A stretch of 64,000 nucleotides of DNA. It comes from Vicinamibacterales bacterium. GTDB taxonomy: Bacteria > Acidobacteriota > Vicinamibacteria > Vicinamibacterales > UBA2999. A program made the translations under genes and the position numbers. Under the pieces are notes generated by a model. It ran no database searches. It was not told the origin of the DNA and saw only the letters and a program-made list of their open reading frames with translations. This document shows positions 55,117 through 63,227 of the stretch, in pieces (positions within the stretch are counted from its first letter, which is position 1; the number at the start of each line of letters is the position of its first letter). The stretch is from the NCBI GenBank assembly GCA_035647075.1, contig DASROF010000168.1, positions 23,456-87,455 on the forward strand. The letters run 5' to 3'.

Positions 55117-56839
55117 CCTTCCTGTCCTGGCGTGCGCCCTGAGCGCTGCACTCGTGGTCACGCTGCACAGCCAGTCCTCGGATCCATCTGCGCTGTACCA
55201 GCAGGCGCTCAAGCGCGAAGCCTCGCTTCGACAGGAGCTCGAGGCAATCAAACCAGGTTCCCCCGGCAGTCCCATCCTCGAGCGCATCCACGTCCTCATC
55301 CGATCCTACGAGGACATGGCGCGTCTGTTCGCCTCCAGCGACAGCGGCGACGACTCGCTGTCGCACGCGGGGACCCTTGCCGCCGACGCCTTCGCCACAT
55401 TCGGGGACACCGCTGACCGCGACACCGCTCTTCGCCTCCTGAAATCTCTGCCGGGGCGGTTTCCCAGGAGTCCGCTCGTCAAAGACGCAGCGGCGCGTGT
55501 GAAACAGCTCGAGGGTTCCAGGCCACCCGCGACCGCCGCAGCCAGGCCAGCGCCTCCCGTAACAGCAGCGGCCGCGGACGCCAGGCCAGCGTCCGCACCG
55601 GCCGTCTCTTCAACGGTCATGCTGCGGGCGATTCGCCGTGAGGTGATCCAGGACACCCTGCGCGTCACTCTGGATCTGGATCGCGAGGTGGCTTACTACG
55701 ACGAACGCATCGATGGGCCGCCGCGCGTCTTCGTCGACCTGCCGAACACCCGGGCGGTCGAGACCCTGAAGGACGCGACGATTCCCTTCCCCGATGGCCC
55801 GGTGAAGCAGGTGCGAATCGGGCGGCAGCTGAACACGCGAACGCGCGTGGTGCTCGACCTGAACGGCGCTGGATCGCACAGCGTCTACGCGGTCTATAAC
55901 CCGTATCGCATCGTGATCGACGTCGAGCGACTGCCAGCCGCCGCGCCCGCAATCCTGACGACACAGGCGCCGCCAGTCGCCTCGACGCCTGCCCGCGCGC
56001 CTCTGGTCCTCGCGTCAAACGCGAGCAAGACGTCCCGCTCCGCGATCACGGCTCCGGTCCGAGAACCGCCCCCCGTCGAGGCTCGTCCTGGTCCATCGAC
56101 GCCTCCACACAACACGACGGGCAGTTTCTCCTTCGCGCGACAACTCGGGCTCGGCGTCACGCGGATCGTGATTGACCCGGGCCACGGCGGCCACGATCCC
56201 GGCGCACGCGGTAACGGGATTTCGGAGGCCGCGCTGGTGCTCGACGTCGCAACGCGCCTCGAGGAGCTCCTGAAAGCCGAACACATCGAGGTCGTGCTCA
56301 CCCGGCGCACGAACACGTTCGTGGCGCTCGACGAGCGAACCGCGCTGGCGAACCGCAGCGCTGCGGACCTCTTCCTCTCGATTCACGCCAACGCGAGTAC
56401 AGTTCCCGCCGCCCGCGGAATCGAGACCTATTTTCTGAACTTTGCGCCGAATCCCGAGGCTGAGGCCGTTGCGGCGCGCGAGAATGCGAGCTCGTCGAAG
56501 AGCATGCGGCACTTGCCCGACATCGTGCAGGCTATTGCCCTCAACAACAAGATCGACGAGTCGCGCGACTTTGCGGCGATCGTGCAGTCGACGCTGTACC
56601 AGGAGCTTCGCAAAACGAACAGGACGTTGAAAAACCTGGGTGTGAAACAGGCGCCGTTCATGGTGCTCGTCGGCGCGACGATGCCAAGCGTGCTCGCCGA
56701 AATCTCGTTCATGAGCAACAGCGCCGAGGCCACGCTGCTCAAGACCGACCGCTACAAGCAGCAGATCGCCGAAGCCCTGCTGGCCGGGGTCATGCGTTAT
56801 CAGAATTCGCTGAAGAAAGTTTTGCCCAGGGCTGAGTAG
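55100..56839 (+). CDS. N-acetylmuramoyl-L-alanine amidase with N-terminal helical region and AMIN domain (AmiB/AmiC-like)
   Basis: Signal peptide is present. AMIN-like 'LRVTLDLDREVAYYDE...RVFVDLPNT'. Amidase_3 motifs 'IVIDPGHGGHDPGA' and 'LSIHANA'. It overlaps the ftsK end by 17 nt. Confidence 0.85.
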   Translation: MRSSGSLPVLACALSAALVVTLHSQSSDPSALYQQALKREASLRQELEAIKPGSPGSPILERIHVLIRSYEDMARLFASSDSGDDSLSHAGTLAADAFATFGDTADRDTALRLLKSLPGRFPRSPLVKDAAARVKQLEGSRPPATAAARPAPPVTAAAADARPASAPAVSSTVMLRAIRREVIQDTLRVTLDLDREVAYYDERIDGPPRVFVDLPNTRAVETLKDATIPFPDGPVKQVRIGRQLNTRTRVVLDLNGAGSHSVYAVYNPYRIVIDVERLPAAAPAILTTQAPPVASTPARAPLVLASNASKTSRSAITAPVREPPPVEARPGPSTPPHNTTGSFSFARQLGLGVTRIVIDPGHGGHDPGARGNGISEAALVLDVATRLEELLKAEHIEVVLTRRTNTFVALDERTALANRSAADLFLSIHANASTVPAARGIETYFLNFAPNPEAEAVAARENASSSKSMRHLPDIVQAIALNNKIDESRDFAAIVQSTLYQELRKTNRTLKNLGVKQAPFMVLVGATMPSVLAEISFMSNSAEATLLKTDRYKQQIAEALLAGVMRYQNSLKKVLPRAE

Positions 56840-56840
56840 G

Positions 56841-56864
56841 CGTCGTGTCCGGTTCGGCCTGACC
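56841..56864. repeat. Solo copy of the REP-like element also seen at 9577-9652
   Basis: 'cgtcgtgtccggttcggcctgacc' versus 9579-9603 'cgtcgtgtccggcttcggccgaacc': 22 of 25 positions match, with one indel. It lies just after the amidase stop. Confidence 0.65.
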
Positions 56865-56877
56865 AGTCGCTGGTCAG
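56859..56877. terminator. Hairpin between convergent genes
   Basis: ctgaccag-tcg-ctggtcag forms a perfect 8-bp stem. It overlaps the stop of the 79-aa ORF. There is no T-tract. Confidence 0.4.
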
Positions 56878-57113
56878 ATGTGCAGCCGGATATGTGTATG
56901 CGGCTCGTTCGGTGGCGGGACTGAGGAGTCGCGCCACCGCTTGTAGAGAATCATTCCGCCCGCGACGATCACGCAGCCTATCAGCGCAACGACCAGGAAG
57001 ATCCCCGCCATCGCGAACATGCCCAGCACCACGTCGATACTGATGTCGTGGCTGGTTGGCTGTTCTCTCGCCAGGTCGACGACGATCGGCTTCTGAGCCA
57101 GTAGAGCGAGCAT
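56874..57113 (-). CDS. Small hypothetical membrane protein
   Basis: 79 aa with the hydrophobic stretch 'VVLGMFAMAGIFLVVALIGCVIVAGGMILY'. The ATG lies 5 nt from the left copy of the pepA-end repeat. I see no obvious SD. Confidence 0.4.
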   Translation of the reverse strand: MLALLAQKPIVVDLAREQPTSHDISIDVVLGMFAMAGIFLVVALIGCVIVAGGMILYKRWRDSSVPPPNEPHTHIRLHI

Positions 57114-57118
57114 GGGAA

Positions 57119-57141
57119 TCAGCGTCGTAAATTCAGCTTAC
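57119..57141. repeat. Direct repeat, left copy (attL-like)
   Basis: TCAGCGTCGTAAATTCAGCTTAC is identical over 23/23 nt to 58233-58255. Confidence 0.95.
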
Positions 57142-57381
57142 TAGATCAGTGTACCGCCTCGTTCCATCTGATCCCGACTGGTCCGATTTGTTCCGAACTT
57201 TCCATTCCGCCGAACCAGGGCGAACCAGCCCAAACGTGTTGACACGTCGGTTCGTGAGCGGTTTGGTGATGTGCCGTCCGCTTGCCCAGGTCCTGGCTGC
57301 CGTTCGAGCTTGCGTTTACCCATGGCCACGGCGAGCATTGTCGTACGCGGCACATGAGCGCAGCTGCCGCTGAAGCTCAAG

Positions 57382-57837
57382 ATGAAGAAGCCATTGTTGT
57401 GGTCGTTGGCGTCAGGGTTTGCGTGGATTGCCGTCGCAAGTGCAACCGCCTACGCTGTGTCCCCGATTCACAGCACGCCGCTCGATGCGGCGCGGACCTT
57501 CGCGGGCGGAGTCGTCGCCGCACCAATCATCGGTCTACTGGTCGGGCACATTGCGCGACGATTCTCACACCTGACTCGCTCCCAGCGTTTCTGGGTGGCC
57601 TTGGGCGATCTGTACCTGGCCACCTATTTGTTCCTGTTGGCGACCGGCATGGGATACGTCGGAAGAGGCTGGATCGCGCAAAGCCATGTCGAAACCCTGC
57701 AACGACTACTGATTGTCGACCCTCTTCTCCGAACGATATTCGGTCTGACGTACACCGGCTTTGTTGTTGTCCTGCTCCCACTCTCGTACGTCAACCATGT
57801 ATTGCTCGGCAAGATCTGGGATCAAACCCATGGATGA
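57382..57837 (+). CDS. Hypothetical integral membrane protein (islet cargo)
   Basis: 151 aa with about 4 hydrophobic segments ('LLWSLASGFAWIAVASA', 'GGVVAAPIIGLLVG', 'FWVALGDLYLATYLFLLATG', 'GFVVVLLPLSYV'). ATG start. I did not recognise a family. Confidence 0.5.
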   Translation: MKKPLLWSLASGFAWIAVASATAYAVSPIHSTPLDAARTFAGGVVAAPIIGLLVGHIARRFSHLTRSQRFWVALGDLYLATYLFLLATGMGYVGRGWIAQSHVETLQRLLIVDPLLRTIFGLTYTGFVVVLLPLSYVNHVLLGKIWDQTHG

Positions 57838-57840
57838 GCG

Positions 57841-57857
57841 GCCGCCGAGTAGGCGGC
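57841..57857 (+). terminator. Short GC hairpin after the islet ORF
   Basis: gccgcc-gagta-ggcggc lies 4 nt after the stop at 57835-57837. There is no T-tract. Confidence 0.3.
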
Positions 57858-58232
57858 TAGAGTGGCACCGGAGTGTGATCGACTTTCACCCCACGGGCTA
57901 TTTGGCGACCCGCCGTACACGGAAAACGCGCCATTGGTAATCTTCGACAACATCGCCGCGTGCGGAAATGGATGCATCTCGTTCGGACCTGTCACGATGG
58001 ACGCACAGAATCTGTCGTATGAGGTGCTCCGCGGGTCACCTTAAGGCGAACGCACCTGATGAAATGGTGTGACAACGTTCACGCCGCCCGCCGCGCGAGG
58101 CCCCAGCGAAGAACCGAACCGAGGCTGGGTCGCGGAGCGGCCACGGTTCGGAGTCGTGTTGAGTTCGTGATTGATTTCCGGTGGGAAGGCCAAACAGCTC
58201 AATTTCGTTGAGCAATTTGGCCCGGTCGCGGG

Positions 58233-58255
58233 TCAGCGTCGTAAATTCAGCTTAC
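58233..58255. repeat. Direct repeat, right copy (attR-like), equal to the last 6 codons plus stop of pepA
   Basis: Identical to 57119-57141. Its reverse complement reads GTAAGCTGAATTTACGACGCTGA, within ..GKLNLRR*. Confidence 0.95.
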
Positions 58256-59789
58256 CCCACGTTTCTACATCCAGCGCGAGCTCGACCAGCGTGCGTACTC
58301 CCACGCCGGTGGCGCCTTTCGGCTGATACGGCTTGACGTCCTCCGCCCAGGCCGTGCCGGCAATGTCCAGATGCGCCCACGGGACATCGCCGGTGAACTC
58401 TTTCAGAAACAGCGCAGCGGTGATCGACCCGGCCGGACGTCCACCGGTGTTCGAGAAGTCGGCAATCTCGCTCTTGAAGAGGTCCTTGTAGTCGTCGAAG
58501 GTCGGCATGGGCCATGACCGGTCGCCCGCGCGATCGGAGGCTCGCTGCACCTGCTCGACCCAGGCCGCTGGCGTGCCGAAGAGCCCGCTCGTGGTCTTGC
58601 CGAGCGCGACGACGCAGGCACCGGTGAGCGTGGCGAGGTCGACCAGATGCGTTGCGCCGAGCTGGCGCGCGTACCACAGCGCGTCGCCGAGGACCAGGCG
58701 TCCCTCAGCATCCGTGTTCAGAACTTCAACCGTCTTCCCTTCCGCGCTCGTCAATACGTCGCCGGGCTTCATCGCTCGTCCGCCAGGCATGTTCTCGGTC
58801 ATCGGCACGATTCCCAGACACTTCACCGGGACCTTCAGACGGGCAATCGCCGCCAGCGCGCAAATGGCCGCGGCGCCGCCGGACATGTCGTCCTTCATTC
58901 GGTCCATGTCTTGCGCGGGCTTGATCGAGATACCGCCGGTGTCGAAGGTGATGCCCTTACCGACGAACGCGAGGACGACGCCAGCGACCGCGTTTGCCGG
59001 CTCATGGCGCAGCACGACCAGCCGCGGCGGCTCCTGGCTGCCCTGTGCCACGCCGAGCAGCAGGCCCATCTTCAGCTGGCTGATCCGCGCCTCGTCGAGA
59101 ACGTCGACGCCAAGGCCGGCCCCCTTCGCAATTGCCTCAGCGTGCGCAGCAAACACGCGCGGCGTCAGCGCGTTACCAGGTTCGTTGGAGAAGGTGCGCG
59201 CCTGGTTCGTCGCTTCGCCGAGAATGCGGCCACGTTCGACGCCGGCCTGTGCCTTCAGGCTGTCGGGAAGGCTGATCGCAACCTGCTCCAGCCACCCCCA
59301 GCGATCGTCGTTCGTCTTGTACGCGCCGCCGTCGAAGTTCGCGATGCAGACACCCTCGGCGACGACTTGCGCCGCAACGGCGGGCGCCAGTTGCGAGGCG
59401 TCCGTCGGCGCGGAATCTCCGGGAGACAGGACCGGAACAAACGCAAGCCGGGCAATGAACCGCTGCCGCGCGTAAAGACCGGCTGCGATCGCGATCCTGC
59501 GCAGTCGATCTGCTGTCCACTCCGCCGATCGCCCCGCGCCAACCAGCAGCACCCGGCGCGCTCTCCAGGCGGGAGCGGTCACAGTGGTGATGAGCGTGTC
59601 GTACAGCCTGCCCCGGAACTCTCCGCTGGCGCGGGCGCGGGCGACGGCCCCGCCGCACGCCTCGTCGAGCCACGCGACATCAGTGGCGCCGGCGGACTCG
59701 AATACGGGAACGACGAGTAAATCAGCGTCGAGTTCCTCAGGCCGGCGTGCGCTCAGTGCAACGTCGGGCGTCTTGAAGGCGCTTCGCAT
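58233..59789 (-). CDS. pepA: Leucyl aminopeptidase (M17)
   Basis: Contains 'VGKGITFDTGGISIKP', 'MKDDMSGGAA' and 'NTDAEGRLVLGDALWYA'. 518 aa. Confidence 0.95.
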   Translation of the reverse strand: MRSAFKTPDVALSARRPEELDADLLVVPVFESAGATDVAWLDEACGGAVARARASGEFRGRLYDTLITTVTAPAWRARRVLLVGAGRSAEWTADRLRRIAIAAGLYARQRFIARLAFVPVLSPGDSAPTDASQLAPAVAAQVVAEGVCIANFDGGAYKTNDDRWGWLEQVAISLPDSLKAQAGVERGRILGEATNQARTFSNEPGNALTPRVFAAHAEAIAKGAGLGVDVLDEARISQLKMGLLLGVAQGSQEPPRLVVLRHEPANAVAGVVLAFVGKGITFDTGGISIKPAQDMDRMKDDMSGGAAAICALAAIARLKVPVKCLGIVPMTENMPGGRAMKPGDVLTSAEGKTVEVLNTDAEGRLVLGDALWYARQLGATHLVDLATLTGACVVALGKTTSGLFGTPAAWVEQVQRASDRAGDRSWPMPTFDDYKDLFKSEIADFSNTGGRPAGSITAALFLKEFTGDVPWAHLDIAGTAWAEDVKPYQPKGATGVGVRTLVELALDVETWGKLNLRR

Positions 59790-59875
59790 TCCGTGTGTCT
59801 GGCAGTGAGTGAATGTTTTACGGGTGACGCGTTCGGGCTTAGAATCGATTGAGCCAGGCCCCCGAGGGACGGATC

Positions 59876-60328
59876 ATGACCCATAAGACACGCGCGGGCT
59901 GTTTGACTGTCGCAGTGCTTGCCACCAGTATGGCGGCGGGCGGCCCCGTGATTGCCGGGCAGCGCTCCACCGACGAGAACAAGAAACCCAGTGTAGCACT
60001 CAAGGCGACGCCGCCACTTGGATTTGCGCCGCTGAAGGTGCGCGCCGTCGTGGATCTCAAGGGCGGCGCGAACGACTACGCCGACTTCTATTGCGCCAAC
60101 GTCGAATGGGATTGGGCCGACGGCACCACGTCCGGCAGCAGCGAAGACTGCGAGCCGTACGAGGCCGGCAAAAGCACCATCCAGCGACGATTCACTGCCG
60201 AGCACACGTTCCGCGAGGGCGGCGAGTACGAGATCGCCTTCCGCCTGAAGCAGAAGAGTCGCATCGTCGCCTACAGCAAAGGGACCGTGCGGGTGCGCTC
60301 CGGAATCGACGACAACGCTGATCAGTGA
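59876..60328 (+). CDS. Small secreted protein, PKD/Ig-like fold suspected
   Basis: Start set at ATG 59876, giving signal peptide 'MTHKTRAGCLTVAVLATSMAAG'. 'PLKVRAVVDLKGG...WDWADGTTS...HTFREGGEYEIAF' resembles a PKD-like domain, recognised by eye only. Confidence 0.45.
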   Translation: MTHKTRAGCLTVAVLATSMAAGGPVIAGQRSTDENKKPSVALKATPPLGFAPLKVRAVVDLKGGANDYADFYCANVEWDWADGTTSGSSEDCEPYEAGKSTIQRRFTAEHTFREGGEYEIAFRLKQKSRIVAYSKGTVRVRSGIDDNADQ

Positions 60329-62259
60329 GCGGCGAGGAGTTCGCGTGGCGCCCGACCGCTGACTACGTCAACCGCAGTCGGCTCACAGCCTTCATCGACC
60401 GCCACGGCCTTCGCGATTACGACGATCTCCTCTCGCGCTCCACCAGCGATCCGGAGTGGTTCTGGCGAGCGGTGCTCGACGAGCTCGGCATCGAGTTCTA
60501 CCAGCCGTACACCAGAGTCCTCGACACCTCGCGCGGAATCCCGTGGGCACGCTGGTGTGTCGACGGACGCCTGAACATCGTCCACAACTGTCTCGATCGC
60601 TGGATGGGCACTCCCGTCGCTGAACGGCATGCCTTCCGATGGGAAACGGAGGATGGACAGACCGGCGCCTGGACCTACGCGGAACTGTGGCGGAGCGTGA
60701 ATCAGTGCGCGGCGGGCCTCGAAGCGATCGGTGTCCGGAAAGGCGATCGCGTCGCTCTCTTCATGCCGATGTGCCCGGAGCTGATCATCTCGTTCTTCGC
60801 GGTGATCAGACTCGGCGCCATCGTGCTGCCGCTGTTCTCCGGCTATGGTGCCGATGCGGTGGCGACGCGGCTTCGAGACTCGGAGGCAACGACTCTCGTG
60901 ACCGCCGACGGGTTCCTGCGGCGCGGCGCGCCGGTACGGATGAAGCCGGTCGCGGACGAGGCGGTCGCCGCGGCGCCATCGCTGCAGCGTGTCGTGGTCG
61001 TTCCGCGCCTCGGCATCGATATCCCGATGCATGCCCGCGACGTCTTGTTCGCCGACGTCATGGCGACGCGTGGTGAGCGCGCGAATGAGCAGACGGGCGC
61101 GGACGATCCGCTGATGTTGATCTATACATCCGGAACGACTGGGCGCCCGAAGGGCGCCGTGCACACGCATTGCGGCTTTCCGATCAAAACGGCGCAGGAC
61201 ATGCTCCACTGCTTCGACGTCCAGCCTGGCGAGACGATGTACTGGGTCAGCGACATCGGCTGGATGATGGGTCCGTGGGAGATCTTCGGGATGACGCTGC
61301 TCGGCGGCACCTTCGTCATCTACGATGGTGCGCTCGACTACCCGGGCCCAGACCGCCTGTGGTCCCTGGTCGAACGTCATGGCGTCAACATCCTCGGAGT
61401 CTCGCCAACGCTGGTGCGTTCGTTGATGCGGCATGGAGAGGATCCGGTGCGTGCGCACGACTTGTCGTCTCTGCGAATCCTTGGCTCCACCGGTGAGCCG
61501 TGGAATCCGGAGCCATGGCGATGGTTCTTCGACGTCGCCGGCGGATCGCGCCTGCCGATCATCAATTACTCAGGCGGTACTGAAGTGTCCGGCGGGCTGG
61601 TCGCCGGCAACGTCCTGACACCGCTGAAGCCGGCGGCGTTTGCGGGGCCACCACCTGGCATCGCCGCGGACGTCGTGGACGATCACGGACGGTCGATCCG
61701 CAATCAGCTCGGCGAGCTCGTTGTGCGCGCGCCCTGGATCGGCATGACGCGCGGATTCTGGAAGGACCCGGAGCGGTACGAGGAGACGTACTGGTCACGC
61801 TTTCCGGATGTCTGGCTGCACGGCGATTGGGCGCAGATCGACGAGGCCGGCCAGTGGTACATCCTCGGGCGATCGGACGACACCATCAAGATTGCCGGCA
61901 AGCGGCTCGGTCCGGCGGAAGTCGAGTCCGTCCTGGTCGAGCACCCGGCCGTCGTGGAAGCCGCTGCGATCGGCGTGCCCGACGAGCTCAAAGGACAGGC
62001 GCTGGTGTGCTTCTGCGTGCCGCGCGACCCGGCGCCGGAACCCTCACTGGAAAACCTCTTGAAGGAGTTCGTGGCATCGAGACTTGGCAAGCCGCTGCGG
62101 CCACTGCGCATCCACTTCGTCAAGGACCTGCCCAAGACGCGGAACGCCAAGGTGATGCGCCGTGTCATACGCACGGCCTATCTTGGCGATCCGCCGGGCG
62201 ATCTGTCAGCCCTCGAGAATCCGCAGGCCGTGGCGGAGATCGCGCGCGCCCGCGGCTGA
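60325..62259 (+). CDS. AMP-forming acyl-CoA synthetase (acetate-CoA ligase family)
   Basis: AMP-binding motif 'LIYTSGTTGRPKGAVHTH', plus 'GDWAQIDEAGQWYILGRSDDTIKIAGKRLG' and 'LPKTRNAKVMRR'. GTG start overlaps the upstream stop. Confidence 0.85.
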   Translation: MSGEEFAWRPTADYVNRSRLTAFIDRHGLRDYDDLLSRSTSDPEWFWRAVLDELGIEFYQPYTRVLDTSRGIPWARWCVDGRLNIVHNCLDRWMGTPVAERHAFRWETEDGQTGAWTYAELWRSVNQCAAGLEAIGVRKGDRVALFMPMCPELIISFFAVIRLGAIVLPLFSGYGADAVATRLRDSEATTLVTADGFLRRGAPVRMKPVADEAVAAAPSLQRVVVVPRLGIDIPMHARDVLFADVMATRGERANEQTGADDPLMLIYTSGTTGRPKGAVHTHCGFPIKTAQDMLHCFDVQPGETMYWVSDIGWMMGPWEIFGMTLLGGTFVIYDGALDYPGPDRLWSLVERHGVNILGVSPTLVRSLMRHGEDPVRAHDLSSLRILGSTGEPWNPEPWRWFFDVAGGSRLPIINYSGGTEVSGGLVAGNVLTPLKPAAFAGPPPGIAADVVDDHGRSIRNQLGELVVRAPWIGMTRGFWKDPERYEETYWSRFPDVWLHGDWAQIDEAGQWYILGRSDDTIKIAGKRLGPAEVESVLVEHPAVVEAAAIGVPDELKGQALVCFCVPRDPAPEPSLENLLKEFVASRLGKPLRPLRIHFVKDLPKTRNAKVMRRVIRTAYLGDPPGDLSALENPQAVAEIARARG

Positions 62260-62273
62260 GTGGGCGGTTCCTC

Positions 62274-63227
62274 GTGCTACCGTTGAGCCCGGTGCCGCAG
62301 TCGCTCTCCATCGTCATTCCCGTCTACAACGGCGCGGCCACCCTACCGGCACTGATCGATCGGCTCGTGCCTGTCGTCCGTGCGGCCGCAGTGCCCTACG
62401 AGATCATCCTGGTCAACGACGGCAGCCGCGACGACAGCTGGGGAACCATCGAATCGCTGACGCGCCGCTACCCGGAGATCCGCGGCATCGATCTGATGCG
62501 GAATTACGGTCAGCACAACGCGCTGCTCTGCGGAATCCGGGCGAGCCGGCATGCTGTGATCGTCACAATGGACGACGATCTGCAGCAACCCCCGGAAGAA
62601 ATCCCGCGGCTGCTCGAGAAGCTCGGAGATGGCTACGACGTTGTGTACGGAAGGCCGGAACGCGAGCAGCATGGGATGTGGCGCAACCTTGGATCGCGAA
62701 TCGCCAAGGCGGCACTCGCGACAGCCACGGGCGGCGAGGTGGCACCAATGGTCAGCGCGTTCCGCGCCTTCCGGAGCACGGTCAAGCCCGCGTTCGAGGA
62801 GTATCGAAGTCCGCTGTTTTCGATCGACGTTCTTCTGACGTGGGCGACCACCAGCTTTGCGGCCATTCCGGTCCGCACGGAACGGCGCCGAGTTGGTGGC
62901 TCAAACTACCGGTTCCGCTCACTCGCCCGTCATGCGATGAATCTGATGACTGGATTCAGCCTGATCCCTTTGCAAATGGCCACGCTCGTCGGCTTCGCAT
63001 TCACGCTGTTCGGGCTTGCCGTGCTGGCGTACGTGCTCGGAAGGTTCCTGTTCAGCGGCACAACCGTCGCCGGCTTCCCGTTTCTCGCGTCCATCATCGC
63101 GATCTTCTCGGGGGCCCAGCTCTTCGCGCTGGGAATCCTCGGCGAGTACCTGGGTCGCATGCATATGCGAACGATGGATCGTCCGGCCTATATCGTCCGC
63201 ACCGCCACACCGCCGCAGTGTAGCTAG
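62274..63227 (+). CDS. GT2 polyprenol-phosphate glycosyltransferase (ArnC/DPM1-like)
   Basis: Contains 'LSIVIPVYNGAATL', 'EIILVNDGSRDDS' and 'VTMDDDLQQPPEEIPRL'. C-terminal TM helices precede 'GEYLGRMHMRTMDRPAYIV'. Start set at GTG 62274, because the tracked ORF extends spuriously into the synthetase gene. Confidence 0.85.
   Translation: MLPLSPVPQSLSIVIPVYNGAATLPALIDRLVPVVRAAAVPYEIILVNDGSRDDSWGTIESLTRRYPEIRGIDLMRNYGQHNALLCGIRASRHAVIVTMDDDLQQPPEEIPRLLEKLGDGYDVVYGRPEREQHGMWRNLGSRIAKAALATATGGEVAPMVSAFRAFRSTVKPAFEEYRSPLFSIDVLLTWATTSFAAIPVRTERRRVGGSNYRFRSLARHAMNLMTGFSLIPLQMATLVGFAFTLFGLAVLAYVLGRFLFSGTTVAGFPFLASIIAIFSGAQLFALGILGEYLGRMHMRTMDRPAYIVRTATPPQCS

Larger units (their letters stand above)
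57142..58232. mobile_element. Putative integrated element remnant or small genomic islet bounded by 23-bp direct repeats
   Basis: It is bounded by perfect direct repeats that duplicate the pepA 3' end. It looks less GC-rich than the flanks by eye. It has one convincing ORF, and I recognised no recombinase. Confidence 0.45.

Noticed and set aside
57862-58044. A 60-aa ORF in the islet containing 'GLFGDPPYTEN', where DPPY is motif IV of N6A/N4C DNA methyltransferases
   Set aside because: This is a four-residue match in a P-rich GC-rich frame, with no motif I (FxGxG) or other methylase blocks nearby. It could be chance. I keep it only as a hint to test by profile search.
57142-58232. A tRNA gene, integrase or transposase that would explain the direct repeats
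   Set aside because: I could not find a cloverleaf-capable sequence or any recombinase-like ORF on either strand. The element is therefore called only a putative remnant.
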